A stretch of DNA of 64,000 nt from Octopus bimaculoides (Eukaryota). Each line of letters begins with the position of its first letter. Within the stretch, counting starts at the first letter, position 1. Made by a program: the position numbers and the translations under genes. The stretch lies in contig NC_068983.1 of NCBI RefSeq assembly GCF_001194135.2, forward strand, positions 66,557 to 130,556, read 5' to 3'. The notes under the pieces were generated by a model, which had not been told where the DNA came from, searched no databases, and was given only the letters and a program-made list of their open reading frames with translations. Below, piece after piece: positions 37,421-51,797 of this stretch.

Positions 37421-38149
37421 AAGTATAGCTCAAAATTAGAGTTCCAGGTAACATATGTGACAAGGCAAAGTTTGGCCAACTTCAACATTCTCCTTTTTGG
37501 ATTTTCAATCTCTTAGATTTTCCAAAAGTAATTTTGAAAGTCCAACAAGAAAAAGAACAATTTTTGTTTAAAATTAACTCTTTCAAAACTATTAAATCTG
37601 TTAATGTACTGTCCAACCTGTCCCTGCTCCTTTCTGAAATCCCCTCCAACCTACCCCCTGTCCACCATCTGTCCAATCAAACAGCCTGTATTACTAGACC
37701 CAACACCCCCCAGACTCCTATTCAGTGTCACAGCAACATCAGCAGCTAAACCAACCGGCTTACATCTGCCATCATTTGTTGTCTCACAGACTAAAACCCA
37801 CCATCCCTCTTTGGGCCCCGTAGTCAAGGCAACAACGACACTTCAATGAATGTATGGAAGATGACCTGAACAAAGCCATAAGTAGTTGTCATAGTGTTCG
37901 CAATAGTACCAACAAAATTAATAGGTAAAAGTGGTACAAATGGTGGGGGTGGGGGGAATGATAGTGATAGAATGTCAATTTGCCAAAGTAGGCAATAAGC
38001 AATATTAACATGTGACACAGCTGTAACATGGTCGGGCCAACAGCAACTAAACAATGCTTTCACTGGTGAGGCAGATGCAATATTGATTTTTGGACAGCCT
38101 GCAGGATGACAACCAAAACCCAGCAAAGGGCAGTGGAACTCAGAAGAGT

Positions 38150-41100
38150 GGACAGTACTCGTTAGCCTTGGTCAGCAGTCTGTCTAGTAAAGGGGAGCGC
38201 TAATTCAAAAATTAGGGTAGATAAGGCTCCTTAGTTACCTGGTGACAACTTCAATACATCTACATGGCCATTTCCCCAAGTGGCATCAATAAGTGCCATC
38301 TGGATGAAAGAGTGTGAGGGATGACACACAAGCCCATACCACTTAAAACAAATTCATTGTGGAGGAAGAGTGAAGGCAAGTTGAAATTCTTATGACGACA
38401 GGATCAGGTAAAGGGTGTTGTTGCAAGTTCCTAGCCAAAGTCCCACACAGGTGGCACAGAGGGTGATGGCCATTTCCCAGCAGCAACTGCTGGCACCTGA
38501 AAATTCCGTGTCCTCCTTTGTGTGGTTAGCAGCCCTATCTAGGTGTAACACTACTTCTCTGATTACAGAGGCGAGGTGAGAAAAGGAACCCTAAAAAAGT
38601 GTTGCCTTCAATAAGCTTGGCATTAACTGCAGATGTCTGGCCATACAGTTTATTGCAATCGAGATAAGATGAATAAAAGCTGTAGTCTCTGGTTGTTGAA
38701 ATGTAAGAACTTTACAAGATAGCAAAGACAGTCTAAAATGAAAAACGGTACTAACTGTGGAGGTAATCGGCTCCTATAACATTGATGTTGCTACCCCAAG
38801 TGAAACCAGGCTTGCAGACAGAAAGTTGGGAAAGTGGTTATACATTTTTTGGGAGTGGAAAGCTGGCAGATGAACCAGGAACTCATAGTATTGGCTTTGC
38901 CATTAAAATGACTCTACTTTGCAAATTGCCATACATCCCTCAAGTTGTTGATGAGCATCTCATGACAGATCCTGGTAGGTAAATCCTCATCTATGCTTAT
39001 TATTAGTGCATATGCACCTACCTTATCAGTATGTGAATGGGAACACAACCTCTTCTACCTCAAACTGCAGACAGTAGTCAGTAAAATTCCATACCATAAC
39101 AAAATCCTACTGATGGGCGATTTTAATGCCAGAATAGGTAACAAACATACAGGAGTAATGGGACAGGAACAGAGAATGAAAGCAGATTATGACTGCTGTC
39201 CCTTTGTCAACAGTTTAGTCTAACAATCACAGATGCAACGTTTGAGCAGGCAGATGATGACTACAAAGACACCTGGAAGCATCCTTGGTCTGGTAACTGG
39301 CAGACTGCTTGACTGTGTTATAATGAAGAACAAGGATTACAGGGATTTCAGATTAACCAAAACTCGCAAAACTCCTGAGTGTTACTTGGATCACGGAATG
39401 GTTTGCAGCAAGGTATTTGTTAAACCAAAGGGGCCATTAAGATCCAGTATACATCTGAGAATAAATGTTGCTTCTTTAAACTATCCAGAAATTACAAAGA
39501 AGTTTTGAAATGCACTTAAACTCAAAATTTTCCAAAATAGGAGAAGGCAATGATCCTGAAGTGTTGCAGCACAATATTCCTGACAGCATCGAATCATTTG
39601 TTGAAGTAGTTCTGGGATTCATGAAGCACAAGCACCGAGATTGGTTCAACAAGAAAGATTCTCAAATTAAACCGGTCTTAGAAACTGCACAATGGACACA
39701 AGACATGGATCTCAGATATAAACTCACCAACACTCACATCCCTATACATCTCTAGAAAAACTACACAAAAAAACCGCGTGAAATGAAAAATTCTTGATGG
39801 GCCAAAAAAGTCCAAGAATTGGAACAGACGCTAACTCTCACCTTGAGAGTATTGTATGACAATGTGGAAGGTATAATTGGTTCAAGAAAGGATGCCCCAG
39901 AACTCATTCTCTCTCTCAACAGAACAAAACATCTAAGTAGCAAAGATGAGATTCTGAAAAGATGGGCTGAACATTTTAAATCTTTATTAAATCAAGAATC
40001 CACAAATGATCCGGAAGTAATCAATGAAATTCTACAACAGCCTATAATCGAAGAACTAGTGAAAGATCTTTGGAAGAGATAAGTACTGCTATCAAAAATC
40101 TTTCCAATGGTAAAGTGTCTGGACATGATGGTATTCCCATACAGGTGTACAAGCATGGTGGCAGACAACTTGCAAGCTGCACAAATTGATCTGAGAAACT
40201 GGATCAGTTCCCCAACAGTTGAAAGATACATCCATAACTCGCTTGTACAAAAAGAAGGGGAAGAAGAGTGTATGTGATAATCACAGGAGAATAAGCTTGT
40301 GTAAGGCTGGAAGAATTCTTGTGAGGGTGATCTTGAACCGCATCAAACATCTAATAAACAGCATCTAGCCTGAATCCCAATGTGGATTTCATGCCGAGAG
40401 AGGCACAATTGACATGATTTTTCCCTTTGGCAAGTAAAAGAGAAAGCACATGAATGAAATACTGACTTGTACATGGTCTTTGTTGATTTGACCAAGGCCT
40501 TGGATACAGTGAATTGTGAGGTGCTCTGGAAACTTTTGTGAAAAATTGGATTTCCTTTTAAAATGATAAGGGCAATAGTATCGTTACATAAAGGAATGAT
40601 GGCAGCTGTGATATCTAGAAGTCAATGTGGAGAGGCATTTTCTGTTGTCACTGGAACCAAACAGGGATGTGTTTTAGCCCTGGGACTTTTTTCCATATTT
40701 TGTTCAATGATGCTTCAACACACTCTCAGGGATTACCATGAAGGTATAAAACCCCAGATTTGCATCCCAGAAAGAGGTCCATTAAACCTGAAAGGGCAAA
40801 GTTTCAGAAGATCAAAGAAAAAGATCCAGGAAGAGAATCCTGCATGACTTTTTGTTTGCTGAGGATTGTGTTTTGATTTCTCACACATTTGAAGGAATTC
40901 AGGAAACGGTTGACAGGTTTTCTGTGGCAGCTTGTGCGTTTGGATTGACTCTCAGCATTGAGAAGACTGAAGTTTTATTCCAACCAAAGCCTGAGGCAGA
41001 ATATATGGAAGACTCAAACATGATGATAGGCAACAAGCCACCTAAATGGGTCAGGTCATTTAAATATCTTGGCAGTATAATACCCTTCGTTTGTGGGACG

Positions 41101-41700
41101 AATATGATGTCATTCTGAAATCTAAAATAGGTGTATACAAAATCTTGTATTTTGAGCACATTTTTGTATGTGGCAGGGGCATGGACTCCCTCCTACAGAC
41201 ATAAAAAGAAACTTCAAACTATTCACATGTGCTGTCTGCACAACATATGCAACATAAAATGGCAAGATAAGATTATCCAGTGCTAAAATCTTAGAAAAAT
41301 GTGACATCTCCTGTATCCAAAGCATGCTGATGAGAATTCAGTGCCGATGGGTAGGATATGTTGTTTCAATGACAGATGACCGCATTCCAAAAATTCTGTA
41401 TAGCCAACAAGTGGAGGGATATCACCGCAAAAGAAGACCTCTCCTTAGGTATGAGGATTAAGTTGAAACAATCCCTAAAATCTCTACAGCTTAACCTGAC
41501 ATCTTGGGAAAGCCATTGCCTAGATCGATCTGCATGGGATAAAATGTGTCACAATATATCCAGACAATTTGAGTTGAGGAAAAAGAACAATAGAAGACTT
41601 CTATCCTGCAACTAACACACATTTGCCCAATCCCAGGCAAAATCAAAAATCATCAATGTCCTCATTGCGATACCTGGACTGAAATAACATTCATGCATCC
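38150..41700 (+). mobile_element. near-full-length decayed RTE LINE of a second (BovB-like, no PHD insert) family
   Basis: SGYTFFGSG...HSIGFAIK, IISAYAPT, LLMGDFNARIG (APE endonuclease); QCGF..RGTIDMIF, LYMVFVDLTKALDTV, GTKQGCVLA, LFAEDC, SFKYLGS (RT). Many stops; 5' boundary approximate. Confidence 0.85.
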
Positions 41701-41729
41701 ATCGCAAATAGATGCTTAAAAGCACCCTA

Positions 41730-42112
41730 AAACTTTGGGTGATATGCCATGCTTGAGAAGACCCATCAAGCTAATTGAAATCATTGTTGTGGCCGGTGCC
41801 AGTGTTGTGTAACTGGCAGCCATGCCAATGGCACATAGAAGGCACCGTTCAAATGTTGGGCCTCATGGAGGCAGTGACAAGTGATTGAGCCCTTTGTCAA
41901 TATACCATGCTTGAGAAGACCTGTCATGCCCGATGCCAGTGCTGCAGAACTGGCATCTGTGCCAGTGGCACATAAAAAGCCCCCACTACACTTTTGGAAG
42001 CATCCAGCCATAGATACCAGGCTGGAACCAACTGCAGCTTCCCAGTTTTCAACCAAACTGTCCAACCCATATCAGCATGGAAAGCAGACACTAAATAATA
42101 ATGATGATGATG
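41730..42112 (+). mobile_element. RTE 3' end
   Basis: Repeated ccatgcttgagaagacc units; ends cagcatggaaagcagacactaaataataatgatgatgat. Confidence 0.75.
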
Positions 42113-42679
42113 CTCTCTTTAAGTCCTTATACATCAAAACTGATGGGAGTAACTATCATATTGATATTCTATTGATTACTTCTGGAAATTTTGTAGAGAC
42201 ACAATTATTTCAGGATACGTACTCCATCTTGTGGTTGAAATTGGTTTATGGACAAGCTAGCGTTTGACCTCGAGGATCGATATTTTTGAGATTTAAATTA
42301 CATAAAGACAAAAAAGCATCCTCAAAACTTAACGTCTGTTTTTCTCTGCTGTCATGTGTTGGATGATTTAACTGGGGACTGGTTGGCTAGAGAGCTTCCC
42401 AGGCTTCATTTGTCTGTTTTTACATGGGTTCTACAACTGGGTACCCTTCCTAATGGCAACCATTTTACAGAGTGTACTCGGTGCTTTTTACATGATACCA
42501 CAGCTATGAGCCCTCAAGACAAGGACCTCTTGGTTGAGAGGTTGATGTAGAGGACTGTATCATGATTGGCCACAGTTTTACTTAGCTTGTAAGTGTGGTT
42601 TTATATGACCACCTCTACTGGTGTAAGGAACCACAGATAGAGGAATTCATAACAATTTTAGAGTACACCATGACACATT

Positions 42680-43205
42680 CTCTTTGCCATCTCTCTCTCT
42701 CCAGATGGGGAAGCCATGTATCTCTTTTACTGCAAAATGCCCATGTCTGTCCCTCTATTCATACCTCTTACCTCTTATCCCTTGGCAGAAAGTTATCTCC
42801 TTCAATACTACTCACCAACTCAGTTAAGGGACCTTTGCCTTGCAACTTGATGGCCTCACTGCTACTTGGTGCCACATAAAAAGCACCCTGTACACTCTGT
42901 ACAATGGTTGGCATTAGAAAGATTATCTATTCCTAGAAACTATACAAAAATAGATGTTAGAGGTTGGTGCAGTTCTCTGGCTCATGAACTCCTGTCAAAC
43001 TGTCCAGCTCTTTAAAGCATGGAAAGCAGACATTAAATCATCATCATTTAACGTCTGCTTTCCATGCTGGCATGGGTTGGACGGTTTGACTGGGGACTGG
43101 CAAGCCAGGAGGCTGCACCAAGCTCCAATCTGATCTGGCAATGTTTCTACAGCTGGATGCCCTTCCTAATGCCAACCACTCTGAGAGTGTGGTGGGTGCT
43201 TGTTG
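42680..43205. mobile_element. two RTE 3' ends joined tail-to-tail (+ copy to 43037, - copy from 43047)
   Basis: gcatggaaagcagacattaaa-tcatcatca-tttaacgtctgctttccatgc. Confidence 0.8.
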
Positions 43206-43989
43206 ATGATACAGAACATTGTTTGAAAACTATTTTTCATTTTTTTTCCCCCCTCACCATTGTCTACATTTTCCTTCGCATTTAATTCTACACCTCACAG
43301 CATCCCCTTTCACTATAAAGCATGTTTTACTAACCCTAACATCTGATTGTTTTATCATCAAATGGGTTTCTGCTTGGATCCTATCTTAATAAGCATTTTT
43401 TTGTTAGAAAAGGTGCTTAAAATATCATTTTCATACAAGTCCTTCAAGGAAATAACATCCAGCCTTCTTCCCTCAATTTGTTACACCTTTATCAGGTCAC
43501 CTTCCAAAGGGTTCAATATTACTCAAGACAATGACAACTTGGCTTAACAACTAAGACCTACAACTGTTGTTGGTGTGAGTTCTGTGGTTAGGGGTTTGAT
43601 GGTTGTTAGGGGTTTGATCCCCTTTGGATAAGACAATTGGTTGGTGTCTTCCACATTAACCTACAGTTAACCATTGCTGTCGGTCAAATGTAGACTTTTT
43701 GCTAAATGGAAACTGGAAGGAAGCACGTTGGGTATATGTATATATGAATGTGTACGTATTGCCTTTTGTTTTGATTTGTGCATCCAGATTGTAAACAAAA
43801 GCATCACATAAATTCATATAAACAGTGTTGTTGGTTGGCAGCTTTTTGTTGTTTGATATTCTGGAGAAGTTATGAGATGCCTTGAAACGGGCCAAAGTTG
43901 GTGTCAGCAAGATTAAAACAATGAAGATGAGGATATCTTTTTTTACATAAAACGTTGACTGCCAATATTTCTCTGATAGAAATATATTT

Positions 43990-44560
43990 TGTACTTTGTT
44001 TTGTTTTTTTTTTACTTGTAGGGATCATGTCCAGAATGTAGGACCAAAGCGATCATGTCCTGGCACGATTCTCTGTTCTTTGTTTTCTGTAATAATTCTA
44101 CTTCCTCATGTTTAATGCTTCTTCCAACCATTTCATCCATAGTATCTCGTACTCTACTTCCATATACTGTAGCAGGTCTTCAGTTAACCATTATGGACGT
44201 TTTTCTGATGACAGATTGGATGGTCTGAATGGGATCTTCAAGTTGACAGGATTAAATTCTAGTCATGAAGATAAGATATTTCATTCAGTTACTAACTCTG
44301 ACCACACTTCCACCTCACACAGCCTTATTCCTGTGTTTTTCCCTCTGCCAACATAACCCTGATCACTTTTGTCTTCTCATTCCACAATGAAACTCCAAGC
44401 TTTTGGAATCCCCCCCCCCCATCTACATGAAGTGGTCAGCCAATGTCTTCACTTATTGAATTGTTGTGATCAATCTGTATTAGTTCTCCTGGTGGCAGCC
44501 ACTTTGGTAAGATGACTTCTGGACTCAACGAGAGACTTGTTGAAGGGAAATTAGTGCCAT
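43990..44560 (-). mobile_element. old LINE (CR1/L2-like) endonuclease/linker remnant
   Basis: RP*WLTEDLLQ-type linker motif and a weak TRxxNxD motif; heavily decayed. Confidence 0.3.
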
Positions 44561-45033
44561 TATACACTACAGGAATAATTCTGTCAATTAAATTATAATC
44601 TTTGGTTAATTTATCTGTTTAATTCCTTGAAAACACTGAAAAGGTTTTCAGTTCCAAGTAAGTTAAAAAATATCTTTTTAGATGTAATTTTAAGATTATG
44701 AACCTGAACAGAGATTGAACTTAAGACTAGCTTGTTAACAGTTTATTGGTCAAAAATAAAGAGGAGGAAACTGGCAGTAAAAAGTATAGACTGATGTGAG
44801 AGAGAACTTTGGACTGTCCTGTCATCTGAAAGAGTAAGAATGAATTATTTTTTAACTAAAGATTTGTTCTATCTTGAAATGTCAGAGTCCTCCCCTGCTG
44901 CCCTCACCATACAAACTTATCCAAACTCCTACACTTATTATTGTTCTGTTTCAGACGATATTTCTACAAATGTTGCAGCTGTGGCAGTGGAATGTTCTCC
45001 TTTTACATCTTCCATTTTGCAATTTTTTTCCAG

Positions 45034-45189
45034 AAAACTTGATTCAACAACTGAACAACAGTTCATTGGATGATGTCAAGGTGAAACTTGAACCTCAAGA
45101 TGTCCTTTTTGGACAATTCCAGTCTATGAGGGACACAATGCATGAAGATGCAAAAGTCTATTATCAGAGGCTGAGAGAGCTTGCTGGTC
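45034..45189 (+). CDS. candidate internal coding exon 2 (156 nt, phase 1-1)
   Basis: Long polypyrimidine tract ...ccattttgcaatttttttccag|, donor C|gtaagt. Only one frame is open: (E)NLIQQLNNSSLDDVKVKLEPQDVLFGQFQSMRDTMHEDAKVYYQRLRELAG. Confidence 0.7.
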
Positions 45190-46882
45190 GTAAGTAGAAT
45201 GCTTGATAATCATTTCCTTTCTCTCATTCAGAAAGAATGTCTTGTTTCCTTTTATGGAGGTTTTTGTCTTTGTTCTTTCAGTGAGGTTTCTAATCTGCTG
45301 GGACAGTTTATAATGGTAGGAACTAGTCTTCCTCTCTCATAGTTCTAGGAACAGCAAGGTTACCCTCATCACGAACAGGGCTACTCTCTTGCTAGTATTT
45401 CCAGAGAATGTTAACTTCATTAAACTTATTTAAACGATGCACATCAATTTTGATGTTGGTTTCTAAATTCAGGATTTGACCTCAGTATGTTTCTTATATT
45501 TTTGGGGGCCAGCAAAAATTCAGCCAAAGTTGTAATGATAGTCAGGTTTCAGAAGCAGATCTCTCTCGACTCCCAACCATGGTTGCTCTTGTCAATATTT
45601 TTCATTGCTAACATGATACAACTTTCCTTGTTACAGATTAGTGTTTGTGCTGCTGCTGCTGCTTCTGCTACATACTCCCCCACCACCACCACACACACTT
45701 TGTGGACCAAAGACAGGTTACTGAACTGATCGGCATCAACTCATCAACACACTCCAAACTTTGCCACCCCTCCCCCTGCCAACACAATCTGCTCCTCTCT
45801 TTTATTCTGTTTTTACTGTGACCTCTGCTTCTGACTTGTCCCTTGTTACTTCCTTTGAGGAACCCCTGTCCCACTTGTCTCACCGTCCATTCCCTCCTCT
45901 CCAAAACATCAACTCTTGGTTCTTCCCACAATTGTTAACTTCTGTTTAAGAGGAATATCGCTATGGGTGCTGCCCCTTCACCCTGACCAAATCAAAAAGA
46001 AAAATTACCTCTCAATTTGCATGAAGTCAATATTGATTGATGACTAATGATTGAAGATATTTGTTTTATTTGTAATTTTATGACTAATGATTAAGGATAT
46101 TCCTGTTCAGTATTTATGCAAATTGGCAATCTAATTTGAATTGATGGTTAGTTATCTGGTTAACAATCCACAGTTGGATGTGCAGTAGGGATTTTTTCTG
46201 GACTTTGATCCTTATTTTTATAAGGGGTCAACTAATCCCACCTTTAAAGTGGTTGGGAATGAAACCTGGACACGAAGTATTGAAGACGACGACATTAGTC
46301 TTGTTGAGGATGTGGCAAACCTCTGTAGTCATACTGATAAAATCAAGCCAGCTGTGTCTGTTGAGCAGTTGTGGAAACGATGCCAGATACGTGAATGGAG
46401 AGATGGCCTTTTAGGGTCTCTGAATAACAACTGACCAGGACTCTGATTGGTCCATTCAACTCTGGTCCGTTGTGAGGTGGTGGTGTGGTGGCTGGAAATC
46501 TGCTTTGCAACCACAAAGTTTCAGGTTCTGTTTTGTCTTCTGCTACCCCCCNNNNNNNNNNNNNNNNNNNNNNNNNNNNNNAGGATGATAAATACCTTAG
46601 GAGTGAAATGTGGAAACAGAAATTGTACAAAAGCTGTCTTGTGTGTAGTTTGGTGCTGTTGAGTGCTGAAGGCCATTGGAATGAAATGCCCTTGATGAGG
46701 AATTTGACAGTTTGTCTGATGGGAAAAGTAAAACTGATAACAAGAGAATCATCCGGCCGTAGAAGACTACTTGTGTCTGCAAGAAAAAGTAGATGTACGA
46801 ATATGAGACCAATCGTGATGATGATGAGGAGGAGGAGGGGGAGGAGGATTAGTTTTATCAGTGTCTAATACTGAAATATAAA

Positions 46883-47045
46883 GTGGGTGCATGATTGAGA
46901 AGCTTGCTTCCCAACCACATGGTCTTGGGTTCAGTCTTGTTGTGCAGCAGCATGGGCAAGTTTCTTTTACTAAAACCCTAGACTGACTAAAGCCTTAGGA
47001 GTGGATTTGATTGGAAGAAACTGAAAGAAACTTGTCATTTATATA
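46883..47045 (+). mobile_element. tRNA-derived SINE 5' half
   Basis: aagcttgcttcccaaccacatggtcttgggttcagtc...gtggatttg...aaactgaaagaaac. Confidence 0.65.
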
Positions 47046-47049
47046 CAGA

Positions 47050-49850
47050 TCATTGTTTGACATCCATTTTCTATGCTGGCATGAGTCGGGTAGTTTGACA
47101 TGGGGCTGGCCAGCTGGGGGGCCATTAAGTTGTCTCTTGTGGCATGGCTTCTACAGCTGGATGCCCTTCCTAACGCTAACCCCATAACAGTGTTCTGGGT
47201 GCTCACTGGCATGGATGCATATATGCAGCTCTGGCACAGGTGCATTTTTATGCAGAACCTGCAAAGGACATTCCTGTATGACTGCAATCTTACTTAGCTT
47301 GACTTATTTTCTTAAGTGCAGCAAATTGCCACAACTTCCAGTCCCTTGTTATTTTCTCAGTGAGGCCCCAGTGTCTGAAGATCTTTTTTTCACCACTTCA
47401 TCTCACATCTTCTTGGTCCCCTTCCACTTGTTCCCTCCACAATTAGAGTTCAGTACTTCTTTATGCAGCTGTCCTCAGCCATACACATCACATGACCAAT
47501 CCAACGCAGACTTCTCTCTTGAACTTAACATCTGATTCCTCTTATACCCAGTTTTGTTTTTAAACCATTTACCCTCGGTTGTGTGTGCACACTGACATTA
47601 CCCATCCATCAGAGCATGCCAGCTTCATTTCTTTCAAGTCTTCACAAGTTCTCTGTAGTCGGAGCCCATGTTTCATTGCCATGTAACATAGCTGTACATA
47701 CACACACATTATACAATCTACTTTCCTCTCTGAGGGAGAGGCCCTTAGTTACCAACAAAGGCAGAAGCTCTCTGAACTTTTCCCAACCTGTTCTTAACCT
47801 AACAACTACACTTTCAGAGCTTCCTCCTCCACTGCTAGGTTTTTGCTGAATTAACTCTAAGAGGCCCTTAGATTCCAGGCTTTGCTTCCACACCTGAAAT
47901 TTCTTTTCTAGGTCAAGTAGTGATTCAACTATAAGAACCAGGTCATCAGAGTATAGGAGCTCTCAGGGACAGCCAGTCTTGAATTCCTCTGTTAAGGCGT
48001 GGAGGACTGAAATAAACAAGAAGCGGCTGAGAACTGATCTTTGGTGAACTCCTATCTGTACACTGAATTCATTGTTATACTCATCGCCAACGTTCACCTT
48101 ACTGGCAGCATCCGGTACAGCTCTCACTACCCACTCATCTATCCCTAGCTTTCCCCAGTAACTACCAGATAAAGGAGTGCTGTACCCTGTGGATGGCTTT
48201 CTCCACTTTCATAGAAGCCAGATACAGAGGTTTATTTTCGGCTCAATATTTCTCCTGCAGTTGCCTAACCAAGAATCTAGCATCACTTGTGTGCTTCGAC
48301 CTGGCACAAATCCAAATTGCATCTCATCTACACTAATTCTCTTTCTAATTAACCTAGCTGTCACCCTTTCTGTCATTTTAATCACCGGGTCCTGCAATTT
48401 GATGCCTCTGTAATTGTGTCTGTCTCTGTCAACACCTTTGCTTTTGTAGCAGTTAATTATAGTGCTGCTGCTACACTAATGATTGGATATGACTCCCTGT
48501 GGACAACCTGATTAACTATACGAGTGACAAGGCCATAGTCTAAGCGTCTCAACTGTGTTTCCCTGATGGGTTGAGGGCTTTTCCTGTCTCCATATCCTTA
48601 ACTGGTTTATCTACCAAGCTACTGTTGATTCAGATAGCTGGTCCCTGAGTTGGGTCAACATTTGCATTCTCCACATTTAGCAGCCTTTCATAATGACATT
48701 TCCAAGCCTCTTTCTTTGAAGAAACATTAAGTGCAAGCGAGCCATCATCCTTGCAGACACATTTCTCTCCTATGACATCAGGATTTTCTCTCACTGTCTT
48801 GCAATCTAAAACACTTTGAGTTTCTGGTCCTCATGTCACAAAACATTGGCAAACTTCTTTTCTGCTTCATCTCAGGCTTTCAGGCCTATTTCTTTTCTCT
48901 AATAGCCCTGTCAACTATTCTGTTCCACTACTATATCACCTTAATTTGAAAAAGGATTTGCACTAGCCACAAATTGGTCAGTGGCCCTCAGCAAATTGTC
49001 CTGTTGGAACCTCCAGTTGTCCTCCATGTTATATGTTACTATATCCTCCTCTTTTCTGTTAAATGCTTCAAGTAACACGTCTCTAAATCTCTGACCATTC
49101 AGACAATTCTTAAGCTTCCAGACCTTTCTTTTTCACACTGGTTGTCTTCTAGGCAGCCATTTTGCCCCGCTTCTTAAGTCACTAACAACTAACCAATGTT
49201 GAGGGGGGGGGGTATTCTTCACGTTTTGGCATTTATAAGCACCTATCTTTCCGTCTTCTGGCGAGAATGCAGTCAATCTGGCTAGTGTGCCCAGAAGGGG
49301 ACTGGTGGGTTTCCTGAAGTTAGTACTGCAGATCATAAGGTCATTTGCGTCACAGAACACTTGCAACCTGCTTCCCTCCTCATTACGGAAACCAAATCTC
49401 TTGCCACCATGCACATCGTGGAAGCCACTCGGACGTTGCCTGAAATGCCTGTTGAAGGCACCAGCCACAAAGAGAAGTTCACTGTCGCCAAGATAGTTTG
49501 CAGATCAGGTTGTCCCAACTGAGAAGCATAAGCCAAGATAATGGTTGCTGTTCCACTAGTCTGAGCTTCAGTATTCTGTCACACACTCTGACTACCTCGA
49601 TTACCTCATCAGCCCATTTCTCAGCAAGAAATATACCCACGTCACCAACGTCAACACTCTTCCCTACCCAGAAGATTTTATGCCTATGTTCTTTACGTGT
49701 GAAGGACCTAGCAGAACCTCCTTTCCATCTTTTTGAATGCAGCACACCTCTACACACTTCTGTTCCCGCATCTCATCAATCTCACCGGATCTACCTTATA
49801 ATGTGCCCCACACTAAGTCTGCCGGCTCTAAGGGTGTGGAAGATGTGAGC
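47050..49850 (-). mobile_element. decayed RTE LINE spanning endonuclease to 3' end, with internal deletions
   Basis: RWKGGSAR...KIFWVGK...VGIFLAEKWADEVIEVVRVCDRIL (EN); HGGKRFGFRNEEGSRL..FCDANDL.I.STNFRK; DEMQFGFVPGRST; WEKFRELLPLL. Confidence 0.85.
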
Positions 49851-50285
49851 TGAGGAGACATAGGAATGGGGGGGGGGCAGCATTTTGCATCTGAAAAGAA
49901 AGTTCTCCTGTACATTTCCCAGAGATATTGTATAAGTTCAGATAGTTTTCAATCTACATTTATTTCATGGCCATTTTATTTGCTTCGTGCTCCCTACATT
50001 TACCAGGAGGTAGCTGCTAGATAGAGGAGGGAGACAGCATGCTGTATAGGTTTCCAATAGAGGTTCTGGGAGAAAGACTTCCGGTACAGGTGAAGGGGAT
50101 GGTATAGGCAGACGCACCATGAAGGACCAAGCAGCGTGGCTGCCCCATGGTTGACATATAAGGGGATATAAAATATCTAAACAAAGTGAAAGCTATTATT
50201 TTACATATAACATAGAAAAAAAAAGCAAAGTTTTAGCCTTATTACTGGTTTCTAGCATATCAACTGTGTAGAAATAAAAGGTTAA

Positions 50286-50490
50286 CCTTTTAGCATGTAA
50301 ACTGCCCATATCTGGCCCAAATATTCTATGTGTTTTATGTTCAACCAGCCAGATCCAGCTTCTCACACCTTTCCTACAATGTCATTATAAAAATTACATC
50401 ATCGAAATCTCAAAGCTACAAAGATAATCCATGATTAATTTAAAACCATGAATAAATAAACATTTCATTTGACAGAATAATCTGAAATGG
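50286..50490 (+). mobile_element. piggyBac-type MITE, copy 1
   Basis: TTAA|ccttttagc...|TTAA; body shared with copies 2 and 3 (tctcacacc...atcgaaatctcaaagct); right terminus decayed. Confidence 0.6.
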
Positions 50491-50676
50491 TTAATGGTAA
50501 ATATTGGAAGTAAGAATGAAGCAGAATGCAATAATGTTTATTGGGGGCAGTTAATGGCTGGGTTTCAGTCTTATCAGGATTGGAGAGTCTTCAGACAGGA
50601 TGGCCACAGACTCTGTTTATTAAAACAGTTAAACACATAAGTTTGTTTTAAAGCAAGAGGTTGGATTGTATATGTG

Positions 50677-51330
50677 TATACAGGGAGTTTGGGCTAAATT
50701 TCACAGCTTGTATAATAGGAAAAGAAACTAGAATATTCCGTCCAGAAATAAAAGTATTTTGAATAATAAAAAGAAAATATCGACCTGGATTATGGCTGGG
50801 AGATAACAGATTACTCAAAGTATCCACATTTAGCTTCAACCATGGCTCCGGAACCTGACAAATGTATTCCTCAGTGTGGCCCTGAGAAGATCTTTGAATA
50901 GCTTCTTGATCAAAGCCACCAGTATTGCAAAGATCAGAGTGGTTGGGGTTTCTTAACCCACACCCTACACAGTAATCTATGGGATTACAATTGGGGGGAA
51001 TTAAGAGGCCAGAAATTGGGGCTAGTGAAGTCCTAAAAATTCTCAAGGAGCCAGATCTTGCTGCCAATCATATGACCTTCCATCAGTAACCCTCTCCAGC
51101 CAAGGTTTGACCAACTTCATGTAACTATCTGAACCGAGGGCCCTGTTCAAGGATGGGGTGGGAGTGAATTCTGGCATGCAAGTGCAGTAAGAGTGCTTAC
51201 TTTGTCCCTTCCTGCTGGTCACAGCTTCGTAGTCTCCATTGCAGCTATCCATGTCACATCATTTAGCCTTTGCAGCATTACTCTGCTCCCTTTCATGTAG
51301 GGTCAACTTTGACATTAAAGTCCCTGGAGA
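50677..51330 (-). pseudogene. second maT-type (DD37D-like) transposase remnant
   Basis: VKPWLERVTDGRSYDWQQDLAP...NFWPLNSP.CNPIDY; TIR-like TA-cagggagtttgggctaaat. Confidence 0.7.
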
Positions 51331-51797
51331 ATTAACTGTGTATGGCACTCTAATTTCTCCACAAAGTGGTACATGTCAATGATGCAGTCTTTACGATAGG
51401 AGAAACTCTAACTAAGGCCAATTATGGAACCCCACGGATCCAGGATTACCCTGACCACCAATGGCACGAGCCCTTGCCCAACTGGTCTTAGTTGTTTATC
51501 AATCTTGCTAGCATTTGAACCTAGAACAGTGAGGCACTTTAAACCAGTTATTTTGCATTTAAAAAAATTTTTTAGCCCCCATGTCAGTCTTGAATGAGCA
51601 GGCCTTGACCAAAGGTCTTCCATTCTTGACCATCCTGCTTTTTAAGGGGTACAATATTTAATGTGAATTGGCATCTATTTCTGGCAAGTAAAATGACCAT
51701 GTAGAAGAATATTTAAGAATTGAAATGGTTTATATAAAAATCTCATTGAAACTTATAAAATATTTTTTGTTCCTAAATTTCTGTAAAATTTATTTAA

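Noticed and set aside
44955-45033. Alternative upstream acceptor for exon 2
   Set aside because: Out of phase with exon 1, giving a stop at 45071-45073; there is no evidence it is used.
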